Shown piece after piece: positions 16,161 through 32,395 of a stretch of 64,000 nucleotides of DNA. The notes beneath the pieces are model-generated. The model was not told where the DNA came from. It worked only from the letters and a program-made list of their open reading frames with translations, and searched no databases. A program made the translations under genes and the position numbers. The stretch's first letter is position 1; the number at the start of each line of letters is the position of its first letter. Source of the stretch: the human T2T-CHM13v2.0 reference genome, Homo sapiens; NCBI RefSeq assembly GCF_009914755.1, contig NC_060946.1, one strand, 5' to 3'.

Positions 16161-17118
16161 AAACTTTTAATGGTTAAAATGACATATTTTATGTTATGTA
16201 TATTTTACAATAAAATCAAAAAGTAACAGTAAAAGCATATGGAAGGTAAGTTCCAAACAAAATGCTAAAAAAGTTGAGCCTTGTTGCCTCGAAAGATCAA
16301 GAAAGCTAGATGGTTAATGGGAGGTCAAGGAGATACAAGGCACTACAGAGGAGTGTGGGAATTCCTTGAGCCTTTGTATTTGCTTAACTTTGATAAAAAT
16401 GAAAAGTAAATTTAAGAAACAAATAAGGAAATTTTAAAGCTGGCATTTTTTTTTCCTGACTGTAAGATTTTAGACTACTCTTTAATTTGTCCTTTAATTA
16501 AAGTACAACACACAAAATGATAGTATGTTTAACATCTGAGGAAAGCATATGTCCTGAATAGGTCAATGCTCATAAAAATACATTTATGCCTATTCCTCAG
16601 TGCCAAGTATATGAGGCTATGTGGAATTTTGAACAGTTGCCAAATTAAGCAAAGTAAATCTTTGCTGAGTAAATCTTCGGCACCACTTCTACCCGACTAA
16701 ATTTTCTACATCATAACTGAAGCTGTGTATATCTATTCTCACAGAGAGAAACAATCTAAATAATTACACATGAAATTACACAAACTCTCTATTGTATTTC
16801 CATTAACAATTCAGATACCACCAATTCAGAATTTATAATTCAGAAAAGACAAATTATTAAGAATATGTTTAAAAATTAAGAATTTACTTTGCTCTCAAAT
16901 CAAGACCCCACCATAAATATTAGAGGTTTAAGTAGTTAAAAATGCACTGCAACTCATCTGATTGGCAAATAATTTAAATTGTGATAACCAAGTGCTGACA
17001 AGAATGTACAGCAATAAGAACTCTCTAATTTATCCTGAAGGGCAGCAGGATAATCTGAAACAAATCTTTGAAACATAATTTCATATTATGTAGTAACGGT
17101 TAACATAATGTATACTCA

Positions 17119-17436
17119 GGCTGGGCACGGTGGTTCATGCCTGTAATCCCAACACTTTGGGAGGCCAAGGGCAGGTGAATCACCTGAGGTCAGGAGTTCG
17201 AGGCCAGCCTGACAAACATGGTGAAACCCCATCTCCACTGAAAATACAAAATTAGCCGGGTGTGGTGGAACATGCCTGTAGTCCCAGCTACTTGGGAGGC
17301 TGAGGCAGGAAAATAGCTTGAACCCGGGAGGCAGAGGGTTGCAGTGAGCTGAGATCACGCCATTGCACTCCAGCCTGGGCAACAAGAGCGAGACTCCATT
17401 TCAAAAAAAAAAAAACAAAAACAAACAAAAAAAAAA
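17119..17436 (+). mobile_element. AluS
   Basis: TSD ataatgtatactc. Confidence 0.95.
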
Positions 17437-17504
17437 CCGATAATGTATACTCTGCCACCCAGCAACTTAACTTCAAGAGAAACTCATTGTATAAAGAATT
17501 GCTC

Positions 17505-17777
17505 AGCCCAGAGCGGTAGCTCATGCCTGTAATCCCAACACTTTGGGAGGTTGAGGAAGGCAGATCACTTGAGGCCAGGAGTTGGAGAACTGCCTAGCCA
17601 ACATGATGAAACCCCATCTCTACTGAAAATACAAAAAAAAAAAAAAATAGCCAGGCATGGTGGTGCACGACAAAGTCCCAGTTACTGGGGAGGCTGAGGC
17701 ACGAGAATCCCTTGAACCCAGGAGGCAGAAGTTGCAGTGAGCTGAGATTGCACCAACAGAGCGACACTGTCTAAAAA
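17505..17777 (+). mobile_element. AluS with a short deletion near the 3' end
   Basis: TSD aaagaattgctca; lacks ctgcactccagcctggg. Confidence 0.92.
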
Positions 17778-18319
17778 AAGAATTGCTCATAGCAACACTG
17801 AGAATATTCATGACAGCATTGTTCGTAATAGGAAAAACTATGTAAACAATATAAATGTTGAAATTACATAAATTATAGTATATCTATGTCAGTTGAATTC
17901 TATAAAGGATTGAAAATGAACAAATTATGACTATATCATCAAAGTAGATGAATATTAAACATGGCCCTGACCTAAAGATGGAAGTCTCAGAAGAACACTT
18001 AGAGGATCATTCAATTTATTAAAAAATTTTGAAAACAGGCAGAAGCAGGTAATATTAATACATTTTTTAGGGAATCTACATATAGCTAGATGGCAAAACT
18101 ATAAAGAAAAATAAGAGAATGTTTTATTACAAACATAAGAACTATTTAACTTATTAGGGGAGTGAGATGTGTGGGGAAGAACAGAGCATCTAAGGAATTG
18201 GCAATATTCTATTTCGTTTTGGGATTGGTTACAAAACTGTCCACTTGGTGATTAACGTTTAAAGCTATGCCTATAAGTTTTATGTACAGTTATGTAATGC
18301 TTCACAAAAAGTAAAGGGA

Positions 18320-18603
<284 letters not shown>

Positions 18604-18627
18604 TTAATCTTATAAAAAACAGAAACA

Positions 18628-19007
<380 letters not shown>

Positions 19008-19478
19008 TCAATTTTTATGGGTACATAGTAGGTATATATATTTACAGATACATGAGATATTTTGATATAGGCATATAATGCGTAATAATCACAGCAGGGT
19101 AAATGGGGTATCTACATCACCTCAAGCATGTATCCTTTCTTTGTGTTACAAACAATCTAATTATATTCTTTTAGTTACTTTTAAATGTACAGTAAATTAT
19201 TGTTGACTGTAGTCACCTGTCGTGCTATCAAATACTAGATCTTACTCATTTTATTTAATTATATTTGTGTACCCTTTAACCATTCCCACTTCCCCCCACC
19301 CCCACTACCTTTCTCAGCCTCTGGTAACCATCATTCTACTCTATCTCTGTGAGTTCAATTGTTTTAATGTTTTTAGCTCCCATAAATAAGTGAGAAGATG
19401 CAAAGTGTGTCTTTGTCTGGCTTATTTCACTTAACATAAGCTCCAGTCCTATTCACGTTGTTGCAAATGACAAGATCT

Positions 19479-19957
<479 letters not shown>

Positions 19958-22900
19958 TGATATACTGATTTCCTTTCTTCTGGGTGTATACCTAGCAATG
20001 GCATTGCTATATCATATGGCAATTCTATTTTTAGCTTTTTGAGGAAGTTCCAAACTGTTGTCCAAAGCAGTTTTACTAATTTACATTCCCACAAACGGTG
20101 TATGCGAGTTCCCTTTTCTCCATATACTCAACAGCATTTGTTATTGATTGTCTTTTGGATAAAAGCCATTTTTACTGGGGTGAAATGATAGCTCATTGTA
20201 ATTTTGATTTGCATTTTTCTGATAAACAATGATGTTGAACAGCTTCTCATATGCCTTTTTGCCATTTGTATGTCTTCTTTTCAGAAATATCTATTCAGAT
20301 TGTTTGCCCATTTTTAATTCAGATTACTAGATTTTTTTCCCATAGAGTTGTTTGAGCTCCTTATATATTCTGATTGTTAATCCCTTGTCAGATGGATAGT
20401 TTGCAAATATCTTCTCCCACTCTGTGGGCTGTCTCTTCACTTTCTAGATTGTTTCCTTTGCTGTGCAGAAGCTTTTAACTTGATGTGATCCCATTTGTCC
20501 ATTTTTACTTTGATTGTCTGGGCTTATGGAGTATTACTGAAGAAATATTTGCCCACTCCAATGTCCTAGAGAGTTTCTCCCAATGTTTTCTTTTAGTAGT
20601 TTCATAGTTTGAGGTCTTAGATTTAAGTCTTCAATCCATTTTGATTTGGTTTTTGTGGCAAGAGATAAGGGTCTAGTTTCATCCTTCTCCATATGGATAT
20701 CCAGTTTTCTGAGCTCCATTTATTGAAGAGTATCTTTTTCCCCAATGTATGTTCTTGGCACCTTTGTCAAAAATGAGTTCACTGCAGATGTACGGATTTG
20801 TTTCTACGCTCCCTATTCTGTTCCATTGGTCTATGTGTTTGTTTTTAGGCCAGTACCATGCTATTTTGGTTACTATGGCTCTGTAGTATAATTTGAAGTC
20901 CTCCAGTTTTGTTCTTTTTGCTTAGGGCAGCTTTGGCTATTCTGGGTCTTTTGTGGTTCCATATAAATTTTAGGAGTATTTTTTCTATTTCTGTGAAGAA
21001 TGTGATTGTTATTTCGAAAGAGATTGCACTGAATATGTAGACTGCTTTAGGTAGTATGGATGTTTTAACAATATTGATTCTTCCAATCCATGTACATGGA
21101 ATATCATTCCAATTTTTTGTGCCCTCTTCAGTTTCTTTCACCAGTGTTTTACACTTTTCATTGTAGAGATCTTTCACTTCTTTGGTTAAGTTTATTCCTA
21201 GGTATATTATATGTAGCTATTGCAAATGAGATTACTTTTTTTATTGCTTTTTCAGACTGTTTGCTGTTGGCATATTGAAATGTTACTGATTTTTGTATGT
21301 TTATTTTGTATCCTGCAACTTTACTGAATTTATCAGTTCTAATAGTTTTTGGTGGTGTCTTTAGGTTTATCCAAATATAAAATCACATCATCTGTAAAAA
21401 CAGATAATTTGACTTATTCCTTTCCAATTTGGATGCTTTTTATTTCTTTCTCTTGTCTGATAGCTAGGACTTCCAGTACTATGATGAATAACAGTGGTGA
21501 AAGTGGGCATCTTTTCCTGTTCTAGATCTAAGATGAAAGTCTTTCGATTTTTCCCCATTCCGTGTAATACTAGCTGTAGCTCTGTTGTACATGGCTTTTA
21601 TTGTGTTATATTCCTTCTATGCCCAGTTTTTTTTTTTAGTATTTTTATCATGAAGGGATGTTGAGTTTTATCAAATGCTTTTTCAGCAAGTTGAAATAAT
21701 CATATGGGTTTCGGCCTTTGTTCTGTTGATATATCACATTGATTCATTTGCATATGTTAAACCATTCTTGCAACACTGGGATAAATTTCACTTCATCATA
21801 ATGATCTTTTTAATGTGTTGTTGCATTCGGTTTGCAAGTATTTGGGTGAGGATTTTTGCATCAGTGTTCATCAGGGGTGTGACTCTGTAGGGTTTGTTTG
21901 TTTGTTTTATGAACCTTTATCTAGTTTTCGTAGTGGTAATATTAGCCTCATAGAATGAGTTTGGAAGTACTCCTTCCTCCTCTATTTTTCAAAATAGTTT
22001 GATCAGGATTGGTATTAGTTCTTCTTTAAATGCTTGGTAAAATTCAGCAGTTAAGCCATCAGATCCTGGGGTTTCCTTTGCAGGGAGACTTTTTATTACA
22101 GCTTCAATCTTGTTCCTTGTTATTGGTCTGTTCAGGTTTTCAATTTCTTCATGGCTCAATCTTGGTAGGCTATATGTGTCTAGGAATTTATACATTTCTT
22201 TTAGGTTTTCCAATGTATTGGCATACTGTTGCTCATAGTAGCCTCTAATCCTTTGAATTTCTGCAGTATCAGATGTAATGTCTCCTTTTTCATCTCTGAT
22301 TTTATTATTTGGGTCTTCTCTCTTTTTTTCCTAGTCTGGCTAAAGGTTTGTCGATTTTATCTTTAAAAAAAACTTTTCATTTTGTTGATCTTTTGTATTA
22401 TTTCTTTCACTTCACTTTCATTTATTTCTGCTCTGATCTTTATTATTTCTTTTCTTCTACTAATTCTGGTTTGGTTTGCTCTTGCTTTTCTAGTTGTTAA
22501 AGATGCATTGTTAGATTGTTTATTTGAAGTTTTTCTAAATTTTTGATGTAGACACTTATTGCCATAAAGTTTCCTCTTATTACTGCTTTTGCTGTATCCC
22601 AGAGACAATGGTATGCTGTGTTTCCATTTTCACATTTGTTTTGAGAAATTTTTTAATTTCTTTCTTAATTTTTTATTGACCCACTGGTCATTCAGGAACA
22701 CAGTATTTAATTTCCATGTATTTCTACAGTTTCCAAAATTCCTCACTATTGATTTCCAGTTTTATTCCATTGTGCTCAGAGAAGATACTTGAGATTATTT
22801 CAATTTTTTTGAATGTTGTAAGACTTGTTTTGTAGCCTAACATACAGTCTATCCCTGAGAACGATCCATGTGCTGAGAAAAATGTGTATTCTGTAGACAC

Positions 22901-23921
22901 TGGGTGAAATGTTCTGTAAATACCTATTAGGTCCATTTGGTCTACAGTGTAGATGAAGTCCAATGTTTATTTGTGGATTTTCTGTCTGGATGATCTGTCC
23001 AATGCTGAAAGTGAGGTGATGAAGTCTCTAGCCATTACTGTATTGGGATCTCTCTCTCTCTTCAGTTATAATATTTTCTTTATATATCTGCATGCCCCAG
23101 TGTTGGGTATATATATATTTACAACTGCTATATCCTCTTGCTGAACTGACCTCTTTATTATTAAATAATGACCTCCTTTGTCTCTTTTTATAGTTTTTGT
23201 CTTGAAATCTACTTTGTCTGATATAAATATAGCTATTCCTGCTCTTTTTTGGTTTCCATTTGCATGGAGTATCTTTTTCCATCCCTTTATTTTCAGTTAT
23301 GTGTGTCTTTATAGGTGAAGTGTGTTTCTTGTAGGTAACAGATGATGGTGTCTTGTTTTTTATCCATTCATCCACCCTATGACTTTTGATTGGAGTGCTT
23401 AGTCAATTTGTGTTCAATGTTATTATTGATAACTAAGGACTTACTCCTGCTATTTTATGTGTTTTCTGGTTGTTTTGTGGTCTTCTCTTCCTTCTTTCCT
23501 TCCTTCCTATTTTCCTTTAAGTGACGGTGATTTCCTCAGGTGATACTTTTTAACTTCCTGCTTTTTATTTATTGTGATCTACTGTATATTTTTTTATTTG
23601 AGGTTACCATAAGGCTTGCAAATAATATCTTATAACCCATTATTTTAAACTGATGACACTGATTGCATGAACATACAAATAAATAAGCAAAGAGAAAACT
23701 ATTGAAAACTCTACACTTCAGTTCCTCAATTTTTAACTTTTGTTGTTTATATCTTATTATACTATGTCTTGAAAAGTTGTAGCTATTATTTTTGATAGGT
23801 TTATCTTTTAGTCTTTCTACTGAAAATATGAGTAGTTTACACCACTGGCATACAATATGTTCTCAGTAGTTGTTGAACTGAACAAATTATTTAATTAAAA
23901 TTAAAAAGAAACAAGAACTAA

Positions 23922-24450
23922 AGGAGGGAGCAAGATGGCTGAATAGAAACCTCCAGTGATCCACCCCTCCAACCCCCACCACTACAGGAACACCAAACTG
24001 AACAACTATTCAAACAAAAAATCACCTTTATAAGAACCAAAAATCAGATGGGCAGTCCAGTATCTGGTTTTAACATCATATTAAGGAAAAAGGTACTGAA
24101 GAGGATAGGAAAGACAGTCCTGAATTGCCTACACCACCCTTCCCTTATCCCCTGGCAGTGCCCACGTAGCATGGAGAGAAAATGTGTTTTGGGGGAAGGG
24201 AGAGTGCAGTTATTGTGGAACTTTACATTGAAACTCAGTGCTACCCTGTTACATTGGAAAGCAACACGGGGCAGAACTCAGCCAGTGTCCATGGAAGAAA
24301 CATTTAGACCAGCCCTAGTCAGAGGCAAATTGTCTATCCCAGCTATTGGAACCAGAGTTCCAGCAAGCCTCACTACTATGGGCTAAAGGGCTCTGGGATC
24401 CTAAACTTGAAAGGCAGTATAGGCCACAAGGGCTGCAATTCCTGGGCAAA
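23922..24450 (+). mobile_element. L1M1/L1M2-type 5' UTR fragment
   Basis: ggagcaagatggctgaatagaa...caggaacaccaaactgaacaacta...aagaaccaaaaatcag. Confidence 0.8.
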
Positions 24451-25122
24451 CATATATATGCAAGTACATATATGTATATATACTATATAGCTATATATGT
24501 AGTTATATGTTTAGTTACGTGTATATAGCTATACATACATACATATAGCTATATATATGTATATAGCTATACATACATACATATAGCCATATATGTATAT
24601 AGCTATACATACATACAGCTACACGTATGTATAGTTATATATACATACATTATATATACACATACATACATACACATGTAGCTACACATAGATATGTATA
24701 GCTATATGTAAGTATAGCTATATACGTATATAACCATATACGTATATAGCTATATATGTGCATGTATGTATATAGCTATTCATACATATGTATAGCTATA
24801 TACATAACTATACATATGACTACATATATAGTATACATAGCTATATACATATATAACTATACATACATATGTATAGCTATATATAGTGTATATATACGTA
24901 TAACTATATACATAGCTACATATTACTAATTATATATAGTTATATGTATAGTTATATATAGTTATATGTATAGTTATATATAACTATATATTCATTTATC
25001 AATATATAGTCACATATACAAATGCATGTGTGTGTATATATATATATACACGAAAAAATTATATAGTCACATATACAAATGTGTGTGTGTGTGTGTGTGT
25101 ATAAATACACATATATACACAC
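24451..25122. repeat. Long degenerate (TA)/(TACA)/tatagcta simple-repeat array
   Basis: About 670 bp of mostly alternating purine-pyrimidine with recurrent tatagctata. Confidence 0.95.
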
Positions 25123-25138
25123 CCAAAAAAAACCGAAG

Positions 25139-25578
<440 letters not shown>

Positions 25579-25844
25579 CTACCCAACCTGAAGGTAGTTA
25601 TTGACTTATTATTCCTTCTCTGTCAAATAACAGGTGATTAAACAGGCTGAGTGGATAACTGCACCTTCCTAATTTTCTCATTATAGGGTTGTGTCTTATA
25701 ATATGATTCTTCAAATCTTATTAAGGTACCATACCATCTTTTACTATCTCCCTTACCTCCCTACAAAGATGCCCTTTATGGTATTTTTAATTTACTTTTT
25801 CATGAGTCCCATGAATTTATCTGTCTGCTTAGAACTAATTTTTA

Positions 25845-26036
<192 letters not shown>

Positions 26037-26479
26037 TAAAGTAAGCATTTACTAGAGAAATTATAAAAATATTTACCAAATACCAGTAAGATACTAAACA
26101 CTATGCAAAATCTAGAATTAAATATTCTTCCTACTGAATGTAGAATTATAATTATTTTTATCTGAATCTATTTGCTTTTGTTTGACAAATCTGGTATTAA
26201 TTCCTAAAGTAATTCATAAAATCTGATTTTTGGGAGAAAACCACTGACTCTTCAGATTTCAGCTATCTATCTCATTCTGAAAGTACAGCAAAGGCTGTCT
26301 CAGAAAGTTAAAATCTCAGAAGTTTCAAACTATATCCTTTGAGACTAAATGAAAATCAATATTTATTTAAATCAAATACTCTCATTCTATTATTATTTGA
26401 CTTTGCAAAGCCTCTCTTCCTTAAGAAAAATATATTTATAAAAAATAAAGTAAAATTAATTTTAATAATTTTATACATC

Positions 26480-26848
26480 CAATATGGTTTGGATTTGTGT
26501 CTCCACGCAAATCTCATGTTGAATTCTAATCCCCAAATGTTAAGAGGACGGTCCTCATGCGAGGTAACTGGATCAAGGGGGCAGATTTCCCCCTTGTTGT
26601 TCTTGTGATAGTGAGTGAGTACTCACGAGATCTGGTTTAAAAATGTGTAGCACTTCCCCTTCACTCTCTCTTCCTCCTGTTCCAGCCATTTAAGATGTGT
26701 CTGCTTCCCCTTCACCTTCTGCTATGATTCTAAGTTTCCTGAGGCCTCCCCAGCCACAGTACCCGTAAAGCCGGAAGAACCAACCTCTTTTCTTTATAAA
26801 TTACCCAGCGTTAGGTATTTTATAGCAGTGTGAGAATAGACTAACACG
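26480..26848 (+). mobile_element. MSTA/MSTB solo LTR (ERVL-MaLR)
   Basis: atatggtttggatttgtgtc...aaatctcatgttgaatt...tttataaattacccag...gactaacac; 5-bp TSD acatc. Confidence 0.9.
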
Positions 26849-27123
26849 ACATCCTTTGAGATAATACACCCTATAATGTCACAAAATAGGGATGTAGTAA
26901 TGAACTAATATTAGGAGATTCCAAAGGATAAATAATACATTTTAATTCAGTGAAGAAAAGTCTAAAGTAATGGAAGTATTTAAGGGAGGTAATTATCATG
27001 AGTAAATGTCAAACACATACATACAATTTGAAATTTCAATCAAGTTAGGAGCATGATTCCACTAATAAATAGAATTCAACAATTTTTATCTACAGATATC
27101 ATTGCAAGAATATTTCTTCCCTC

Positions 27124-27220
27124 TTTGGGAGGCCAAGATGGGAAGATTGCTTGAGCCCAGGAGTTCAAGACCAGCCTAGGCTGGTGAGACCCCATCTCTA
27201 CAAACGAACAAACAAAAGAA
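27124..27220 (+). mobile_element. Alu/FLAM fragment
   Basis: ctttgggaggccaag...gaccagcct; flanked by aagaa(t/c)atttcttcc. Confidence 0.8.
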
Positions 27221-29438
27221 CATTTCTTCCTTTTGTAATATGGCTTTTTTCATATGTATCTATGTTACTTGGCATAATCTTACAAATAAATCATATATCT
27301 GTAAGCTTGTAAACGATACATGGATATATGTGGTATATCAAATATCTAATACAAGGCCTTAAAGTTAAGGACTTTATAGACTTTTGAAACAGTGTATTAT
27401 TTGGAACACTTTGGCAAGCACAATGTTTTATCTCAAAATATTATTAAGTGGTTTCCTTTTTTGAAAAAAAGCAACATTACTATAATAATTTTATGACCTA
27501 TAAAGCAAAAATTCATACCTATAATTATCAAACATTTTTCTTAGATAATAATAGACGATTACTATACATGTTTTCAAATTTATCTTACCAGAATATATTG
27601 GGATGATTAACTGACCAAGCTCTGTCTAGTGCTGGAACTTAGAATGCCTTAAATATTGCTACAGCATTAAGGGGTGATAGGGAGAAGAAGATCCCAAAAC
27701 GCAGAAGCAAAAATATTTATTTCTTAGTGCCACCAAGAAGACATAGTAGAGCTTAAACAGAACAACTTTAAAATTACACATAGATTATGTCTCACAGAGG
27801 ATAAGTAAAATGAACTAAATAATCCAAGATGTTGAAAATTCATATTTCTTTCAAGGAAGACATGGCTGGTAACAGTACTGTATAAAAACAGTCTAACAGC
27901 TGCAACTGTGTATTACTTAAGGAGGACTAAAGACACCACCTAATTATTTTTTAATATCAAAATAGTAAATATAAACATTAAAATGAGAAAAGGAGATTGA
28001 AATCCATGAAATGATATATGCTAAATTTCAGGGTAACCTAACATGACTAGAAAACTAACGAATCTCAAAAAAATCCATTAAACAGTTTTATGTCTGAAAA
28101 ATTGGAATGCATCTTTTTTGCAAATTAAAGACAGACTGTAAAGAAGGGTTAGAGTTGGAAAGTTCCCTGCTCATCAAATTAAAAACAAGAACTCTATTCA
28201 TTAAAAACAAAAAAAAATACTTATGTGGTCAAGTCACATTCTTTGTTTTAAAGTTTTTATATGCAACTTGGGGTAAACATTTTACTTGTGATTCATAATG
28301 AGAAATGATCAGTATAATGGGGGTTCCTACAGCACATGGGTACATTCCAGGTGATATGTCAGTAGCCATTTAAGATACCATAGGAAAGGAAGAAACACAC
28401 CCTTAATACCCAGAGGAAAGAGTGTGTTCACATGATCAACAGCTGGACTTGATTAAAAAGAAATACCAGGTTAGGCTAGATGGTGGTTCTTCCATAGTTA
28501 CATGACGACACAAATGAGAAATGCTGCATTTCTCACAGCCTGTTGCCTAGCGATCTCAATGCCTGCCTCTCTACCCACCCCCGCAATGCAACCACCTCTT
28601 CTCCCTTTCTTCCTCTACAGCATTTCAGTATTTTTCTCATTTTATAAAATCATTTTTTAAAAAAATGAGGACATCATAAAAAAGATTGATGTCACTTATA
28701 ATTTGTGATTCATTTTCATTTTCATAAGCAGGATAAATAGAAACTGAAATTTTTTCTTCAAGAATTAAGTAAAAGTTATAAATGTGTACAATATTGCTTT
28801 AAATAAAATAAATTGCACTGGGACAGTAGAATTCCTGCTGAGGACTGAAAGTTAAAATGCCGGATAAAAAGCAAATGACTAACAATTCATTCTTCCTTAA
28901 AATCAGCTGTGCAATACAACAGAAGGTTAAGACAGAATGTAGTACTAAGAAAACAACACAGTTTTATGGAACTGTGAACTAAAGAGTTACATTAAATACC
29001 CATAATTCCTTGTGAAAATCTCTTTGTTTTTCTGCTTGTCAGCATCTGTATTTTACAGCTGCTTCTTTCAATATGGACCATCTTGCAGAAGTTCAGGAAC
29101 TTAAAACATTAATATCCAGGAGCTTTAAAAAAATCACAGCATTAATAACTTACACAGATAGGAGTAAAACAGTTAACAAAATTCTTGACTATAAGCTGAG
29201 CAGAAAATAAATCTGAAGACTGGAGATGACTATTTACAGAATATAAGAATAAAAATATCTCTTTCAACTTAGCAAAAACATTTATACATGCAAAATTCTT
29301 TTAAACCCAAAAAAGCAGATGGGTCAATACCAGGTCTGAGGTATTATTTACCACAAGGTTAAAATCCCCAAAAACTAGTTATTCTTATAAATATATTCTA
29401 ATTATCTCAATCATGTATTATTTTCTCTCTTTCTCCGT

Positions 29439-29580
29439 TTTTTTTTTGTTTTGTTTTTGTTTTGTTTTGTTTTTTTTTTTTTTTTTGGCACAATCATAGA
29501 CAGCTGACTGCAGCCTGAAACTCCTGGGCTCAAGCGATCCTCCTACCTCAGCCTCTCAGGTAGCTGGAACTACAGGCACA
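29439..29580 (-). mobile_element. Truncated AluJ right arm with T-rich tail
   Basis: ctcctgggctcaagcgatcctcctacctcagcc. Confidence 0.8.
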
Positions 29581-29924
29581 TTCTTTTCTCAAATGAAGAC
29601 CATGTTTTTTTCTTCTGAAATAGCCTGATGCAAGAAACAAAATTCCAGCAGTATTCCATTTCTTTATTTCAACATAATTCCTTTTCTTCCTCATTATTCC
29701 AACATAATGACAAAAGTAGCTCTCATATCTCCTGATACCACCATTGCTCCTACTGCTCATTCAAAATATTCATTTCAAGACAGGCTTCTCCCCAGGAACC
29801 TGGACTCTGCAGGTTAATAACAGGATCTCTGTAGCATCACCACCTTTACTTCCTTTGTCCAACCTAGCTAAATCTGGTGTAATTCTAGCCTGTCTCTCTC
29901 ATTTTTTGATATCTTGGATCCATA

Positions 29925-30145
29925 TCAGCCATGTCCAATAGAACTTCATGTGATAATGGGAAGATTCTATATCTAAGCTGACTAATAAAGTAGCCATTAG
30001 TCACATGTGGCTATTGAATGTTGGAAGTGTAGCTAGTGTAACTAAGAGACTGTTTTTTAATATTGTATTTAATTGTAATTAACAAGTTTAAATTTAAATA
30101 GCCACATATATCTAGCACCTACCATACCGGACAACACAAATTTAG
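29925..30145. mobile_element. MER3-like hAT-Charlie MITE
   Basis: tgtccaatagaactt...tagccattagtcacatgtggctattg...aaatttaaatagccaca. Confidence 0.8.
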
Positions 30146-30551
30146 ATTGAGTCCTTTTATTCCTACCAGAAATTATTTACTTCATTTTGCAGGTGATGGA
30201 GAGTTACTAAAAAGTTGGACTTATATTTTAGAAACCTGTTTACATTTAGAAAGCTTTCTCTGTCTGCTTTACAAGAGAATGATTTTAAGGGTTGGAAAGA
30301 AAAATAAACGATGAAGTTCTGAAAAGTGCTCATCAGATCTGACAATTAGATCAATGGTAAACTTGGACTGAGAAGTTATAGAATAGTGGAGGTAGAAACC
30401 TAGACTTCCAGTAGTGACTACAAATAATAGACTATTCTTTTAAGAAGTCTGGCTCTGAAGAAAGAAAGAAAGGAAGTGGGGAAACTATCCTGTGAGAGAA
30501 TTTGAAATAAGGACCAGGCCCTTAAATTAATTACTCTATTTAACTTTTTAT

Positions 30552-31072
30552 CAGTAGTCCCCAACCTTTTTGGCACCAGAGACTAGTTTTGTGAAAGACA
30601 ATTTTTCAATGGACCTGGGGCTGGGGAGATGGTTTCGGGATGATTCAAGAACATGAACATTTATTGTGCACTTTATTTCTATTATTAAGAAGTTGTAATA
30701 TATAATTAAATAATTATACAACTCACCATAATGTAGAATCAGTGGGAGCCCTGAACTTGTTTTCCTGCAGCTAGACGGTCCCATCTGGGGGTGATGGGAG
30801 ACAGTGACAGATCATCAGGGATTAAATTATCATAGGGAGCACCAACCTGGATTCCGTGCATGCGCAGTTCACGATAGGGTTAAGGCTCCTATGCGAATCT
30901 AATGCCACTGCTGATCTGACAGGAGGCAGAGCTCAGGCAGTAATGCAAGCGATAGAGAGCGGCTGTAAATGCAGATGAAGCTTCGCCCACCGCTCACCTC
31001 CTGCTGTGTGGCCTAGTTCCTAACAGGACACGGACCAGTATCAGTCCGTGGCCCAGGGGTTGGGGACCCCTG
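30552..31072. mobile_element. MER1A hAT-Charlie element
   Basis: TIRs cagtagtccccaacc / ggttggggacccctg; about 520 bp; degenerate 8-bp TSD ctttttat/ctttacat. Confidence 0.9.
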
Positions 31073-31079
31073 CTTTACA

Positions 31080-31225
31080 TGATCCTCAAAACAAACCTGT
31101 AGTAAGCCTTATCTACATTTTATAGAAATTAAGCCTCAGAGGGGCTAGTTGATTTGTCCAAGGACACCGTGGTGGAGCTGGGATTTCAAACTAGGGTCTT
31201 TTTCATGCCAAAATTCATTGTCTTA
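31080..31225 (-). mobile_element. MIR fragment
   Basis: cattttataga...gatttgtccaaggacac...ggagctgggatttcaaact. Confidence 0.65.
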
Positions 31226-31289
31226 AAGGTCAATAAAGAACTGAAGAGAGAAACTCAGGATTAAAACAATAAAGAATCTGTAGAAAGAT

Positions 31290-31767
<478 letters not shown>

Positions 31768-32395
31768 TCAATTTTAACTGTGTTTTAGTTACATCTGTAT
31801 TGGACACAGTTTTACAAATAAAAGTAATAAAATCAATAATATATAGATTTTTAAAAAGAATCTATAGAAAGATTAAAGATAGAGTGAGAGAACAACCGAT
31901 GGGGCAAGACTCCATAGATTTCTATCTATGGAAAGATAGACATCAAGTGAATACAAATGTATACATATTTATAGTATAAGGGGATGACAGGAAACAGATG
32001 AAATTAAAACCTGATGATCTTTCTTTTCTCTGTAAAGCAGAAAGCAAGACCCTGTGTAAGAGGATGAAAAGGAAAAGGAAAGTTTAAAGACTGATCTTTT
32101 GGCATAGTCACTATGGGAAACAAGACAGGAATGAACCTCATACCTGAAAAATTATTGCCTGTTTATCACTAGGCCTTGGATCTTGATGTTTAGCTAATAA
32201 TGCTGAGTACCTGACACATTTAAAGCATATATAGAAAGTGCTTCAACCAATATTTTTTATATGAGATCAAAATTCTTTGGATATCTATACAATTTTCAGC
32301 TATTTTGTATAAATAATACAAATATATGAAGTGTACCTTTCATTGGACTTATTACAAATCAGAGAAAACTAAATGTGATTAATAATTTTATAACT

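Larger units (their letters stand above)
13732..16220 (+). mobile_element. Short L1MB-type 3' end (13732-13797 and 16161-16220), split by L1PA15/16
   Basis: ggtggtgattgttgcacaataatgtgaat...aatggttaaaatgacatattttatgttatgtatattttac; TSD aagtaacagc/taaa. Confidence 0.7.
16950..18318 (+). mobile_element. Ancient L1ME-like 3' fragments, interrupted by Alus
   Basis: gataaccaagtgctgacaagaatgtacagcaa; agcattgttcgtaatag; ggaattggcaatattctatttc. Confidence 0.65.

Noticed and set aside
24451-25122. Repeat array as a CRISPR-like or satellite system
   Set aside because: Low-complexity dinucleotide derivative without repeat-spacer structure, in eukaryotic DNA
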